The notes beneath the pieces were generated by a model that did no database searches, had not been told where the DNA came from, and saw only the letters and a program-made list of their open reading frames with translations. Shown piece after piece: positions 1 to 10,846 of a stretch of DNA of 64,000 nucleotides. Both the position numbers and the translations under genes were made by a program. The stretch's first letter is position 1; every line of letters begins with the position of its first letter. Source of the DNA: Diplonema japonicum (taxonomy: Eukaryota > Protista > Euglenozoa: Diplonemea); assembly GCA_964019335.1 (NCBI GenBank), contig OZ025736.1, positions 310,001 through 374,000 on the forward strand. The letters are read 5' to 3'.

Positions 1-3000
1 TCATATGACTCTTGAGAGTTGTAGTCGATGTACATCACAGTCTGTTGGTGTGTGTGTATAATTTCTTTTTATTGTCTCCACTCTACCTTGATAAACTTGT
101 CCAACCATTCGCAACATTTATTGGGGTTGGATTGCAGGAAAGCCTCTCCCGCGTCCTGAATATCAGATTCATCTAAAATACAACCGAGCGACACAAGGAG
201 CGCAGAAGCGCAGTCGGAACCAAGCGTTGCTTTGAGATTAGGCCAGAGCCCTGCCCAGCACTGTCCTGGAGCGATCTCAAGGCCACCGCCAGCAAGAATC
301 TGTGTTTTTTTTTTTTTTTTTTTTTTTTTTTTTGTGTCCATACCACTTTTGCAGGCCGTTCATCGCGGCAACCCTGACAGGTGATAATTTCGTTCTTGGA
401 GGCAACTTCAGTGAGGATGGCAACGTCGAACCAATTCTCGCATTCAGGCTGGATTTTTTTTTTTTTTTTTTTTTCTTTTTAATTTTCTTAAAGGTACCTC
501 CATGCACGGCTGGCAGCACGACACCGACAGACCATCATACTCATCCGCAAGAACCTCGATGACTTCATTCACATACTTCACGAAATCCCGTATCCCGACA
601 CTCCCAGCAGAGTCATCCGCAAGGTCATGCGTCGCAGAGGGCAAGTAGTACGCGTAGATCATGGTGTCCTCTTGGTAGATGAGCGCCCTGATCCCTTCTG
701 TCCCGATCCATATCCCGTTCTTCCAATGGTTCCTCAGGTCGAACGAGTGGTCAGGCGCAAGGTACTGCGAGTCAGGCCCGATGTCAGGCGGGATGGCCAC
801 CGGTACCTCAATAGGTATCAACAAGTGGTGCAACCTGCACACCAACCTATAGTAGAACTCCTTCGGGAATATGTTAAACAGGTACATCCTCCCAACCCCC
901 TTCTGGAACAGATACGGCACGACCTCCTGCAACACCGTAGGACACGAATAAGGGAACAACGACGGGATGTAGTACTTCGAGTTTCCAGAAGAAGTTACAA
1001 GTGTACCCGGATCCTGTGCTGCCTGTGATGGTTCAGGGGAGTCAAGCACATGCTGGAAAACCAAGTCCATGGAGATAAGAAGCTGCAAGCACATCTCAAG
1101 ATCTGCATCGTCAACAGGAGCGTCCGGCTTGTCGTTTCTAATGTCTTTGATGGACCTCGACAGTACCACGCGTACTAAGTCGAAGTTCAGCTCCCCTTGA
1201 CGAAGGCACCCCCTGTCAACACGAAGCGCTTCGATAGGGTTGTAGTCCAGCCCACCGATGTACTTCCGCATTTCCGGCGGTGTGTACATCAAGTGTGCAA
1301 AGGAGAACAACGCTGATACCATGTGTGACAGCCACAACGGGTGCAGGAAGATGTAAGGGTTGTCCAGCAGCCGCTTCGCCTGTGTGAACAGGTACAGCAC
1401 GTTCCAACAGTGGAACAGGTTCGTACTGTCGCAGAGTTCCTTCTGGTCTTCTATCCCAAAGTCCGCTGCAAGCTGTGCGTACTCCTGAATCGGTAGGAGC
1501 AGCTTCTTCCTCTCCTTCTTTATCCTCTCCAGCTCCTTCATGAACTGTATATGCCTCCCAGGTATCGCTCCAGACGGGAACACCCTGTCGCCGAGGCATC
1601 TTTTGAACGCTTCATGGCCTATCGCTCGAAGAAGCTCAGACATCTTAACACCCTTTTCTGAAAGCCCCTCGCCCCAAGCCTGTCGGCTTTTGCATGAAAC
1701 CGCGTACGACCCTGAGATGTGGATGGTCTTTTCGGGCTCATCCCCCAGCTGGATGGACTTGATGTACTCCTTGAAGCGTGTCTTTACGTTTTCAAGAACC
1801 CTGTTGAGGTATGCGGTGCTCTGGTTGGGCATGAGGTCCTTGTGTGTTCCGATCAGAATGGCGGAGCTGCCGGGTGCCTTGGAGTAGACTTCGTCAAGCC
1901 AGCCCATCATCCTGCCCTCCTCGACCTCTGACATCTCGCCGTCCTGGTAGTTGCTCATCTTCCATACGAAGCAGAAGACCGTTCTCGGTGTCAAGAACAG
2001 CGAATGGGAGTGGTACACCTCCTGCCCTGCAAAGTCCAGCACCGACAAAGTCAGGTCGTCGTCTGAGTAGTTCCCCGCGCCGTGGCCTTCGTACCGCAGC
2101 CTGTGCTCCTGCACCTCTATCCCTGTTGTGCACATCACGTCTGGCAGCTTTTTGAACCACCTTGGGTCCCCCTGCCAACATTTCTTTAAGCTTGTCTTGC
2201 CAACCTCTTCGTGTCCGATTAGGATGATCTTGTACTTTCTTACAAGTTGCGGTGGTACCCTCGCCACTTGCTTTCTATTCGCGGAAAACAGCCCTACATC
2301 GACATGCTTGATCCGCCCGCCTTGTGATGTGAACAATGCTGATTTCTGTTGTGCAGCTGCGCCCGATGGTGCAAGCTTCTCCTGTTCTGGCGGTGCTTTG
2401 ACAGTTCCTGTGATGTTGCTCATGGCAGGCGCGGCGCGGAGGTCTTCCTCCAGCTCCTTGATCCTGGCCTCTGCTTCTTTTCGTTTTAAAGATGACGCCC
2501 TTGCCCTGCGAACTGTTTCTGCGACTTTTTCATCCCGTTTGGCCTCCTCCTTGTTCACCTCCTCGAGGATGGCTTGCTTGAAGGTCTCTGCTTCGGTGTC
2601 GTACTTCTCCTTGATGGCCATCTGGTAGTCGACGTGTTCACCACGTGCAGTCTGCGCCCCTTCCAACTTCGGGAACGAGAAGCGGAAGATGTGCGTGTCG
2701 CCGAAGATGACCCTGTCGCGCGGGAACAGGTTGTGCTCGCCGGTCACCTTTTCACCGTTGACATAAACAACAGACTCACCGATCACTGTGAGTACGGCGT
2801 GCGGCGGCTCTGCCTCTGTGTCCACTGCAATGCTGCAGTGGTGGTCGTTGATGGCATTACCCTTCAGGCAGACGCCTTCCTCCTCCTCTTCGATCTCGCT
2901 GCCGATGTTCGTGACGCCGTTCTTCAGGTAGTACACCAGACACTCCGACATGAACGGGTCTTCGTTCAGGTTCACGAGTGACGGCATCGACTTGTCGATC

Positions 3001-4373
3001 TCGATGCCGATCCCCATCTTGTGCAGCGCTTCTCTCCTCTCCTTTTGGATCTCCTCGTTCTTACGCTCTTTGTCCGCCCACGGCATGGTGGCGTCCTCAA
3101 GTGCCTGGACAGTGAGGGCCAGCTGCTGGGAGGGCGTCAGTTTGTCGTAGTTGTTGGTGTCTTCACCTGCAGGCACGTCATTGGCAGGTGCTTCTTCATC
3201 TTCAGCAGGCGCTACTGGTGTTTCGGGCTTAGTACCCGCTTCTAAGAGTTCCTTGAGCCTGGAAACCTCCTCTGAGAGCTCACGGATCCTCTTTGACGTA
3301 GGGTCTTCGTTCACTACAGCGTGCGTCTTGATCCTCTTGGCCCTGTCTGCGTACCGCAGGGTCGAAAGACTCTCCTCGTAGTTGGACGCATGCGGCGACA
3401 AGGCGGCAAGCATGATGGTGCGCGAGTTGCCTCCCAAGTTCTCCTTAAGCAGCCACGTCAGAGACGAGTCACGGAATGGAATGTGTACCTTCTTCCCCTT
3501 CGTGTCGTTGGCAGCGTCGGCAAGGGCTGCTATGACCTTCCCAAGACACACCAGAGACTTATTGATATTCGCACCTTCTTTCAGAGTGGCACCTGTGGCG
3601 CCTGTCTTGTCAGCGCGCTCCGACCCTGCAAGGTCGACAAGGTTCAGCTTCGACGCTTTCTCTGTCCCCTTCTTATTGGGGTCTGCCTTGACGCCGCTGT
3701 GCTGCGTGAAAGAGACGGCGAAGATGGCGTGCGAACGTGACGACGTTGCGTTCATCTGCGTCGAGGCGACAGTCCGTGTCTTGTTGCCCTCGTCCATGAG
3801 CTGGTTCATCTCTTCGAAAGACGTAACAATGACCTCTGTGAGGCCCTCGACATAAGGCCCTGTGAGAGGGTGCTCGCGGGGCTTCACCTCCTTCGACTGT
3901 GGGTTGAGGAGACAGCGGCACTTTTCATTGTAGATCTCAAGGTAGGAGACCTGAACTCTGTAGTCCCAGTCACCATCTGTGTCGGCTACCCGCTGGTTGC
4001 ATTGGTCGAAAAGAGACTCGCACAGGCGGGGAATGATACCAGTGTCTTCCCCGTACCCTATCATGGAGTACGTCTTTCCGCTCCCTGTCTGGCCGTAGGC
4101 GAAGAGACAGGAGTTGTACCCATCGAACGTTGCTTTCAGCAGCTTTGACCCTATGGCCTCGAAGACGGTCTCCTGTGACGCGAAGTTCTTGTCCTCAGCA
4201 TTGTGCGACCAGAACGAGTGGTCGAAGGTGAAACTGTGCGCTTTCCCCTGGGGGCCGGGGGAGGTGATCGCTGTCATGCCGCCCTCCATGTTGATCACGT
4301 TGACCGCACCTTGGTCCATTTCACGCTGCGAGAATGGCCTGCAGCGCACCGCCACAGTCACTGAGGACGCCAT
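1..4373 (-). CDS. Kinesin-3 (Unc104/KIF1-like) motor + FHA + coiled coil fused to Roc GTPase-COR (Roco) domains; 3' end runs off the window
   Basis: Motor motifs GQTGSGKT, NATSSRSH, DLAGSE and HIPFRDS. Kinesin-3 pre-FHA motif LVNLNEDP followed by an FHA domain. Roc motifs GHEEVGKT, TTGIEV, DFAGQEVY, IGTHKD and VSCK, then a COR-like region. Likely start MASSVTVAVR at 4373. Removing GT-AG introns at 449-497, 300-343 and 42-86 keeps the frame open to the window edge. Confidence 0.9.
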
Positions 4374-4612
4374 CTTGCCCCCACACCCTCCTGTCAGGGT
4401 GACTTTTATTTTTCTTTTTTTTGATAGGGATAAAAAAACATGAAAAGGGAAAGAAGAGAGAGGGAGATCGCTATAAAAAAAAGCCAAAAAGAGGAGGGTG
4501 TAAAAACAAAATTCCTTGCCGAATCACAACCCGGTGAGAATGGGGGAAGGGAGTGTCCGCCACCACCACCACCCCCTCCGAGTGGAAAACACAAAAATTG
4601 GTTTGGCAAAAC

Positions 4613-4654
4613 AAATTCACTGTGATAGGAACGAAGTGGTTAGCAACGGCCCGC
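4613..4654. promoter_or_regulatory. 42-nt intergenic motif, copy 1 (about 240 nt upstream of the kinesin ATG)
   Basis: 39/42 identical to 34814-34855. Confidence 0.5.
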
Positions 4655-4725
4655 AACAAACAAACGTTAAAATATTCCCTCTCGACCCTTTCTTTTTCTC
4701 TCTCTTTTTTTTTTTTTTTCCATCT

Positions 4726-5574
4726 TTAGATCTTACCAGAGAGGAAGTCCTGAAGAACAGGGTACCAGTAAGGTGCCGGCCAATCGTTAACACCGTCCAT
4801 GAGGAGCCTGAAGATGTCGAGGCTGGTGCAACCCTTCTCAGTGGCGTGCGAGATGAACTGCCTCGCCTTGGCGTCCGTCCAATAGTCAGTGTGGTAAGGA
4901 CCGAGCCCGATCCCAGCTTGAGCGGCACTGCCTGTGGCATCCTTAATCGCGTTCACATAGTGGTCAACAGCACTGTTGGAAGCACCACCGTAGGTGCTCA
5001 TATCTTGGAGGTACTGGATGCCAGACTTTGCCAGTACACCATAATTGTTCAAAGCACCCGACCACGCAGCCACCCAGATGGACAGTGTGAACCCTTCAGA
5101 GACAAGAATGGTGTTCACCGCCTTTAGGAACTCCGCATAGGCCTTGGCATCAGAGTCCTTCGGTGCCTCTGGTTCATAGTCGAAGTTGAACCCTGAGAAC
5201 CCGTAACGCTTCCCAATGGAGACGAGCTGCTGGGCGTAACCAGAAGGGTCTTTGTAGAGGCCGTGCATCGTGGTGGCGTTGATTAAGTTAACGACTACTG
5301 GGACGACGGGGACACCAAGAGGCTTGTACATTGAGAGCCATGCGTTGACAGCGGTTTCGTTGTTCCACCCTGAGAGGGTGCCGCTGTCGGGCATGCCGGG
5401 GCCCCAAGCTAGCTGCAGTTGGCTGAACACACCTTTGTTTTGCTTCACAGCGTTCGCATTCATTTGGTTCAACGTACTGTTTGTACTATCGATAGACACG
5501 TACCAGTTCACAGTCCTATTCGTACAGCTCACATTAGCTGCAAGGCATGCTAATAAAAGGGCTTGTTTTAACAT
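4726..5574 (-). CDS. Secreted glycoside hydrolase family 18 (chitinase/chitobiase-like)
   Basis: N-terminal signal peptide MLKQALLLACLAANVSC; GH18 catalytic motif YGFSGFNFDYE; 282 aa with no introns. Confidence 0.75.
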   Translation of the reverse strand: MLKQALLLACLAANVSCTNRTVNWYVSIDSTNSTLNQMNANAVKQNKGVFSQLQLAWGPGMPDSGTLSGWNNETAVNAWLSMYKPLGVPVVPVVVNLINATTMHGLYKDPSGYAQQLVSIGKRYGFSGFNFDYEPEAPKDSDAKAYAEFLKAVNTILVSEGFTLSIWVAAWSGALNNYGVLAKSGIQYLQDMSTYGGASNSAVDHYVNAIKDATGSAAQAGIGLGPYHTDYWTDAKARQFISHATEKGCTSLDIFRLLMDGVNDWPAPYWYPVLQDFLSGKI

Positions 5575-5649
5575 TTTTTTTTTTTTGCGTGGTACCCTTT
5601 GGTATGAGATGCGTAAGGAGGAGAGGGGGGGGGGGAGGGAAAAACTTTT

Positions 5650-5853
5650 TTAAATCCCTACCCCTGGCGGCATCAGTGCTCCGAGAAGCTGATCTTCCAG
5701 CTGTCCGACGGCCGTTTCCTCTGTGTCGCTGTGTTCTATTATCTGTTCGTTTTGCTCCTTTCTCTTTTGCTTCTCGCTCAACACACACCAGATCCCCACC
5801 GTGGCCCCTGTTATTACCCCGGAGAGCAAAGCTATGGTGCGCTCCCTCTGCAT
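5650..5853 (-). CDS. Possible small single-pass membrane protein (67 aa)
   Basis: Island of mixed composition between homopolymer tracts. Hydrophobic stretch IALLSGVITGATVGIWCVL followed by a charged tail; same strand as its neighbours. Confidence 0.4.
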   Translation of the reverse strand: MQRERTIALLSGVITGATVGIWCVLSEKQKRKEQNEQIIEHSDTEETAVGQLEDQLLGALMPPGVGI

Positions 5854-6254
5854 TTATTCGTAAAAAGGGGGGGGGCAAGAAAAAAGTTCCCCCTCTCCCT
5901 TCGAGAAAAAAGGAGAAAAAAAAAGTGGGGGAGGGGCTCCTGTCATGACTTAGATCGAATATAAAAATAAAGGGGGGGGGGACGGAAAAATAAAAAGAGA
6001 AATACCAGCTAATATTAAAATAGGGAAAAGGGGGGGGGCATTTTTTCTTCTTTTTTTTTCGTAAGAAGGAAAGCGAAAAAAAAAATTGTGCACAGCAGGA
6101 AGGAGCTGGAGTATGTTGCTTGTTTTGGGGGCGGGGTGGGGGACTTTTTTCTTTCTTTCCCCTTCTTCAAAGAGAAAAAAAAAACTTACAAGAGGGGGCA
6201 TGGGGGATTTTCTTTCATTATTTCTTTCTTTTTTTTTTTCTTCTTCTTCTATTT

Positions 6255-6362
6255 CTATTTATTTGTCCGGTCCCGCTGGGCCTCTTCATCAACCTCCGTG
6301 GGCTCGGTAGGTTCTGGGGCAGGCGTGTCCTTCATAAGATAGTCGAACGTAGACATCGGCTG

Positions 6363-6393
<31 letters not shown>

Positions 6394-7503
6394 CTCTCAA
6401 CATACCCTTCTCCGAGTAAAATTGAACACAACATCAACATCGTAGGACAAACGGCCATGCAGCTCCTCGCTGATAGCCTTCCAGTCGTCCCTTGACATTG
6501 CCCGCAGACACCTCTCTTCAGGTGTATAAGTCACGCTGACTAGATTCCACCCTGGCTTCACTCCAAGCACATCGAACTGGCTTCCCTTTTCAACCTCTAC
6601 AACATTCTTCGGCGCGTTATCCCAAACTATGGATGTTATGCCCAACTGGTTGAGCGTGCCGTCCCAGCATGAGGGCAGGATGATGGGAACAGAGGAGTAT
6701 GCAAGCTCGGTTTTAAACTGAAGCCACAGGTGAAACCCGAGAAGATTAACCAAAAACGCAGCGACAGGGAGCTGCAGGGTGAAAGTCACCACCATCAAAA
6801 CCCTCCAAGTGTTGTAAGAACCATCAGATCGGGTGTCGTACACAGAGTACCACCTGTCTCTGTATGTGTCTTCTTCGGAAAATGATTTGACGAAAAGAAA
6901 GATGCCCAACGCCATTTGTATCAGAAGCACGGCACATGTTGAAGAGGTGAACAGTGCGAAAAGATAATAATTCCGCGCGCCGACGCAAGAGTTCAGCCAC
7001 TTGCAATGGTGGTCGAAGTCGTAAACACATTTGTTGCAGTAATGGCAGTGGTTGACCTCCTTCCCTACCCACACGTGGCAGTATGAACAGAAGAGCAAAG
7101 AAGTACGGTCGATGCCTGGGTGGGGGTGAGGCGCTGCTCGACAGTTTCTTTTGTACTCTTCATAAGATAGCCTTCTTGCTCCAAATACAGCAGCGTCAGA
7201 AGCCTGTGTCAAGCTCGCAGCGAGTTTGGTCAAAAACACTATTGTTGCCCCGGCCGGCATCACCACCCCGAATATGCAATCCATTGGGTATGGGAGCATC
7301 GGGAGGTGGAGCGCAGCCAGCATCGCAACCGAGAACAGGATCACCGCCCAGGCGAGCACCTGCCATCTGTCCAGAACCGTTACATAGTTTTCTTTCTTCC
7401 TGGTCGCCGCGTACCCGTGAACTTTGGTGCACCTGTGTCGGTCGTTTTTGTCCTTTACAAAGTTTTCCAACTCTTCTTCTTCTTCTTCTTCATCCGACAC
7501 CAT
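6255..7503 (-). CDS. DHHC palmitoyltransferase with a PDZ-like insertion
   Basis: DHHC cysteine-rich domain HCHYCNKCVYDFDHHCKWLNSCVG and four hydrophobic segments. Intron 6360-6405 joins a last exon PMSTFDYLMK...RTNK* (stop at 6255-6257). Confidence 0.9.
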
Positions 7504-8154
7504 TTCTTTTTTTTTTTTTTTTTTCCTTTTTTTTTTTTTCTTCTTCCCTTCTTCCCTCCCTCCCCACCTTCCCCTCCGCCTTTTTTTTTTGTTGAAAATT
7601 TGTCTTTTTTTTTTTTTTTGGGAGGCCTTAATGGTTTCATCTCACTGCTCATCAGCGCATTCCAGGCGCTTTCGTTGCATTTAAAAAAAAAAAAAAAAAA
7701 AAAAAACACTTCCGTACAGCAAGAAAACCTTAAATAAAGCACAAAACATACAGAAAAAGCGGGGAGGTGGTGACAAAAAAAAGGGGAGGGGGAAAACATC
7801 TGTACAAATTTTCTTTTTTTTTTTCTTTTCTCCCCTTCCCTCTCCAAATTTCTCGCCTCTTTTATTTTAGTTCAAAAAATAAAAGGGAAATAAAAAACTA
7901 AACACCGAAAAGAAAAAAAAAACACCCCCCCCTTTATTCTCTTTTTTTTTACATTGTTTCTTCATTTTTTTGTTTACCATACGGCACCTCGTATATAAGT
8001 AGTACTATGAGAAATAACGTGCTAAAACAACGGGGGAAAAGGGGAATGGAACAAAAAAAAAATGGGGGAGAGAAAAGATATATATGCTAGGGAACAAAAC
8101 AAAACAAAAAACAAAATAACAAAAACAAAAAAAAAAAAAAAAATCAAAACGGCT

Positions 8155-10506
8155 CTAAAGTAAGTTATCATCGAAGCAATTGTCGCAACCGGCTCCTGTC
8201 TCTGAGCAGCTGCTGGTGAGAATGCCTTGCTCTGTGAGCGCTTCTGTAACAAAGAGGTGGATGCTCTGGAGGGAGATAGCTTTGGTGGCTGCCGAGCCGA
8301 GCTGTATTGTAATTGGGTGAGAACCTTTGTGCTTGACCTGTGAACAAAGATCAATATGGTGAAGGGAAGGTGCACCCTCATCGAAACTACCAGGAATACT
8401 AGTACACGTTATCACTGAAGCAGGAGCTGCATTTTCCATGCCCACCCATTCACAGCCGGTAATGACAGCAACGGACAACAGCGTTACGCAGCGCCTCAGC
8501 ACAAGCTTCACTTCACATCGAGTGCTGCCTGTTTGATGCAAGTTGACAGTGCTTGGCTTTCTTGACCACCGCTTCGCCAAGGAGCTGCAGTACCACCCCA
8601 GACTGTGCACCTGATCCTTCTCCTGCTTATGTATAAAGACATGCCTCTGGCTTATGGTCTCAAAGGGGACGCCCTTCAGCGCCCAGCTAGATGTTGCCCT
8701 GCACAGCAATGCGATGGTCGCACGCTGCAAATTGGGAAGCGACACATCTAATGGAAGCAACGGTGCTGAGGTTACCTCGTTCGCCGGGTCCCTCCTCACG
8801 AAGCCCTCCTTCCGAAGGCGTGCCTGCTCTTCAAGGTACTCCTTCACCTGCAGCCGCGTGAACTCCACGTCTTTCTTAAACTCTTTTTTCGTCTTCACCT
8901 TTTTCCACATTTCTTCCGCCTCCACAGCAATATTGCACCGCCTCGCAGACCCTCCAAGCTCTGCCAGCCCTTCCCGCTCCGCCTTCATCAGCATCTGTTT
9001 AAATTGCCTGTTCCCCTCTTCTGTCTCCATGATGTCAATGCGTCCTGCCCGTTCTTCTTGGTGCACCAACTTGATACGATGTGAGCTGACGACCACCACG
9101 GGCTGCTGAGATGCTTCGGGTTTCAACGGCCTGACTTGGGTCTGCTGCAGGGGTGTTCCCACTGGCTGCAATGCCTTTGGAACCGTAGCTGGCTCCACTG
9201 GAGCTTTCACAGGCGCCGTTGCGGGTCGTATCTGTGGCGTCATCTTCACCGTGTCCTGCTGTGCCTCCTCCTTGACAACCGGTTTCGTCTCTTCAGGCTT
9301 CGGTTGCGGTGTGGATTTCTCCAAGAGAGGCCGTGTGTGGGTTCTCCCCCTCTCCTGCAAACCTTCGGTCTTCTCAGTCTCCTCGCGCAACGTCTGCGGA
9401 AGAGGGACACACTTGGCTGGTGGTACTGACGGTACCCTCTTGGTACGGGTTTTGGAATGCACCCTTGGGGCGGGGGCCTTGGGGGCCGTGGCAAGGAACT
9501 GCTGTTTTTTAATAGGCGGCGGCGACGTGACAAGACCCTCCACATGAGGCGCCGAAGCAGGTATGGGCGCAGGCGATGGTTTGATGGGTGGGGTGCTGAC
9601 CTTTTCTTTCAGCTTGCTCGGGGTCCGCTTTGCGGGGGTGGGCCGTGAAGTGCTCCTCATCTTACTGGGGGTACGTTTAACCGGTGTTGCCTTCTTGGAC
9701 ATGGGGGAAGCAGCACGGCGGGGGGAGAGGGAAGTAACACGAAGCGGGCTGGCGGATGTCTTCCTGATGGGCTCTGTCCAGGAGTCCGTGTTGAGACGCT
9801 TCTCGAATCGAGACAGGTCGTCCTTGCAAGCTTCAAGATCGTCAAGACTGGTGGTGAAGAAGTTCCAGTGCACTGTGGCGTTCAGACAGACGTCCACAGG
9901 CTTGCCAAGGGTGAGCGCCACCACTGTGTGTTCATCCTTCTTGTAGTGTTCTATGAAGTCCACTACAAGGTCATGGAGGTTCTCAAATTGAAGAGATTTT
10001 GTCATAAGACCAGGGTTGCGGGAGATACCCAGCGACCCGTACCGGCCGTCGTACTTAATGCCAAGAACAAGGTGTCGATAAGTCTTTGCTTGTGGGGTCT
10101 TGCTTTCAAAACTCATGGAGAAACGGGTCAATGCAGTGACTTTCTGCGTCAGCAGGAGAGCCACGAAACATGCTTCAACGCACTGTATCTTAACACCTTC
10201 TTTCAAGATAGAGTCTGCTGTTTGTATTAACTTCTGCAGAGTTCTCTTCTTGTCTACGTTAAAGGTCGAGCCGTGGATATGGTACTCAAACTTTGCCAGG
10301 ATCTCTCCTGCTGTCTCGACGGCCCGCTCGACATCTTCTTTCTCCATCTTCCCCTTCACCAACTCCCCTGGTAGGGTCCCCTTGCTTACCCCCACCACTC
10401 CCCCTGGTCGTTTTGCCAAAGCTCTTATCGCTTCTGTGTCGATTTCCTCCACTTCGTTCTTTGCTTCTTCATTCTTAAGCGGGGTGTCCTCACTCATCTC
10501 TACCAT
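8155..10506 (-). CDS. Vasohibin-family tubulin carboxypeptidase with a long Pro/Lys-rich extension
   Basis: Vasohibin motifs IQCVEACFVALLLT, RFSMSFES and YRHLVLGI..GRYGSLGISR, including the catalytic Cys and His. Confidence 0.85.
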   Translation of the reverse strand: MVEMSEDTPLKNEEAKNEVEEIDTEAIRALAKRPGGVVGVSKGTLPGELVKGKMEKEDVERAVETAGEILAKFEYHIHGSTFNVDKKRTLQKLIQTADSILKEGVKIQCVEACFVALLLTQKVTALTRFSMSFESKTPQAKTYRHLVLGIKYDGRYGSLGISRNPGLMTKSLQFENLHDLVVDFIEHYKKDEHTVVALTLGKPVDVCLNATVHWNFFTTSLDDLEACKDDLSRFEKRLNTDSWTEPIRKTSASPLRVTSLSPRRAASPMSKKATPVKRTPSKMRSTSRPTPAKRTPSKLKEKVSTPPIKPSPAPIPASAPHVEGLVTSPPPIKKQQFLATAPKAPAPRVHSKTRTKRVPSVPPAKCVPLPQTLREETEKTEGLQERGRTHTRPLLEKSTPQPKPEETKPVVKEEAQQDTVKMTPQIRPATAPVKAPVEPATVPKALQPVGTPLQQTQVRPLKPEASQQPVVVVSSHRIKLVHQEERAGRIDIMETEEGNRQFKQMLMKAEREGLAELGGSARRCNIAVEAEEMWKKVKTKKEFKKDVEFTRLQVKEYLEEQARLRKEGFVRRDPANEVTSAPLLPLDVSLPNLQRATIALLCRATSSWALKGVPFETISQRHVFIHKQEKDQVHSLGWYCSSLAKRWSRKPSTVNLHQTGSTRCEVKLVLRRCVTLLSVAVITGCEWVGMENAAPASVITCTSIPGSFDEGAPSLHHIDLCSQVKHKGSHPITIQLGSAATKAISLQSIHLFVTEALTEQGILTSSCSETGAGCDNCFDDNLL

Positions 10507-10846
10507 TTGGGATCACTGGCTGTGGGGCGGGGGAGTGAGGAACAAAGAAAAATCTATCTACACATCATCGTTTCCCCCCCCCTTGATTTTCTTTTTTTTA
10601 ATTCCTGAAGGAGGGGGGGTTTTTTTTTCTTGTAGAAAATATTAAAAAAAAAAAAAAAAAAAGCAATAATACCTTTAACAACAAATCTAACGAGTGGGGG
10701 AGAGGGGGGACAACATCCAAAAAAAAAAAAAAAAAAAAAAACACTCTCTTTTTTTGTTTTCATTCTTTTTTTTTTCTTTCTTTCCATTCTAGTTTCTTTT
10801 CGTTCCTCCTTTACCCCCCCCTTTAAAACCCGGTATTCTAAATTAT

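Noticed and set aside
4374-4487. N-terminal extension of the kinesin ORF in the track (likewise for the 41053 and 63043 ORFs)
   Set aside because: It is low-complexity UTR or intron sequence read in frame; homology starts at the downstream Met or exon.
7620-7680. Hammerhead-like words CTGATGAG...GAAAC on the minus strand
   Set aside because: Stem II cannot form and stems I and III are absent. There is also no D box to support a C/D snoRNA.
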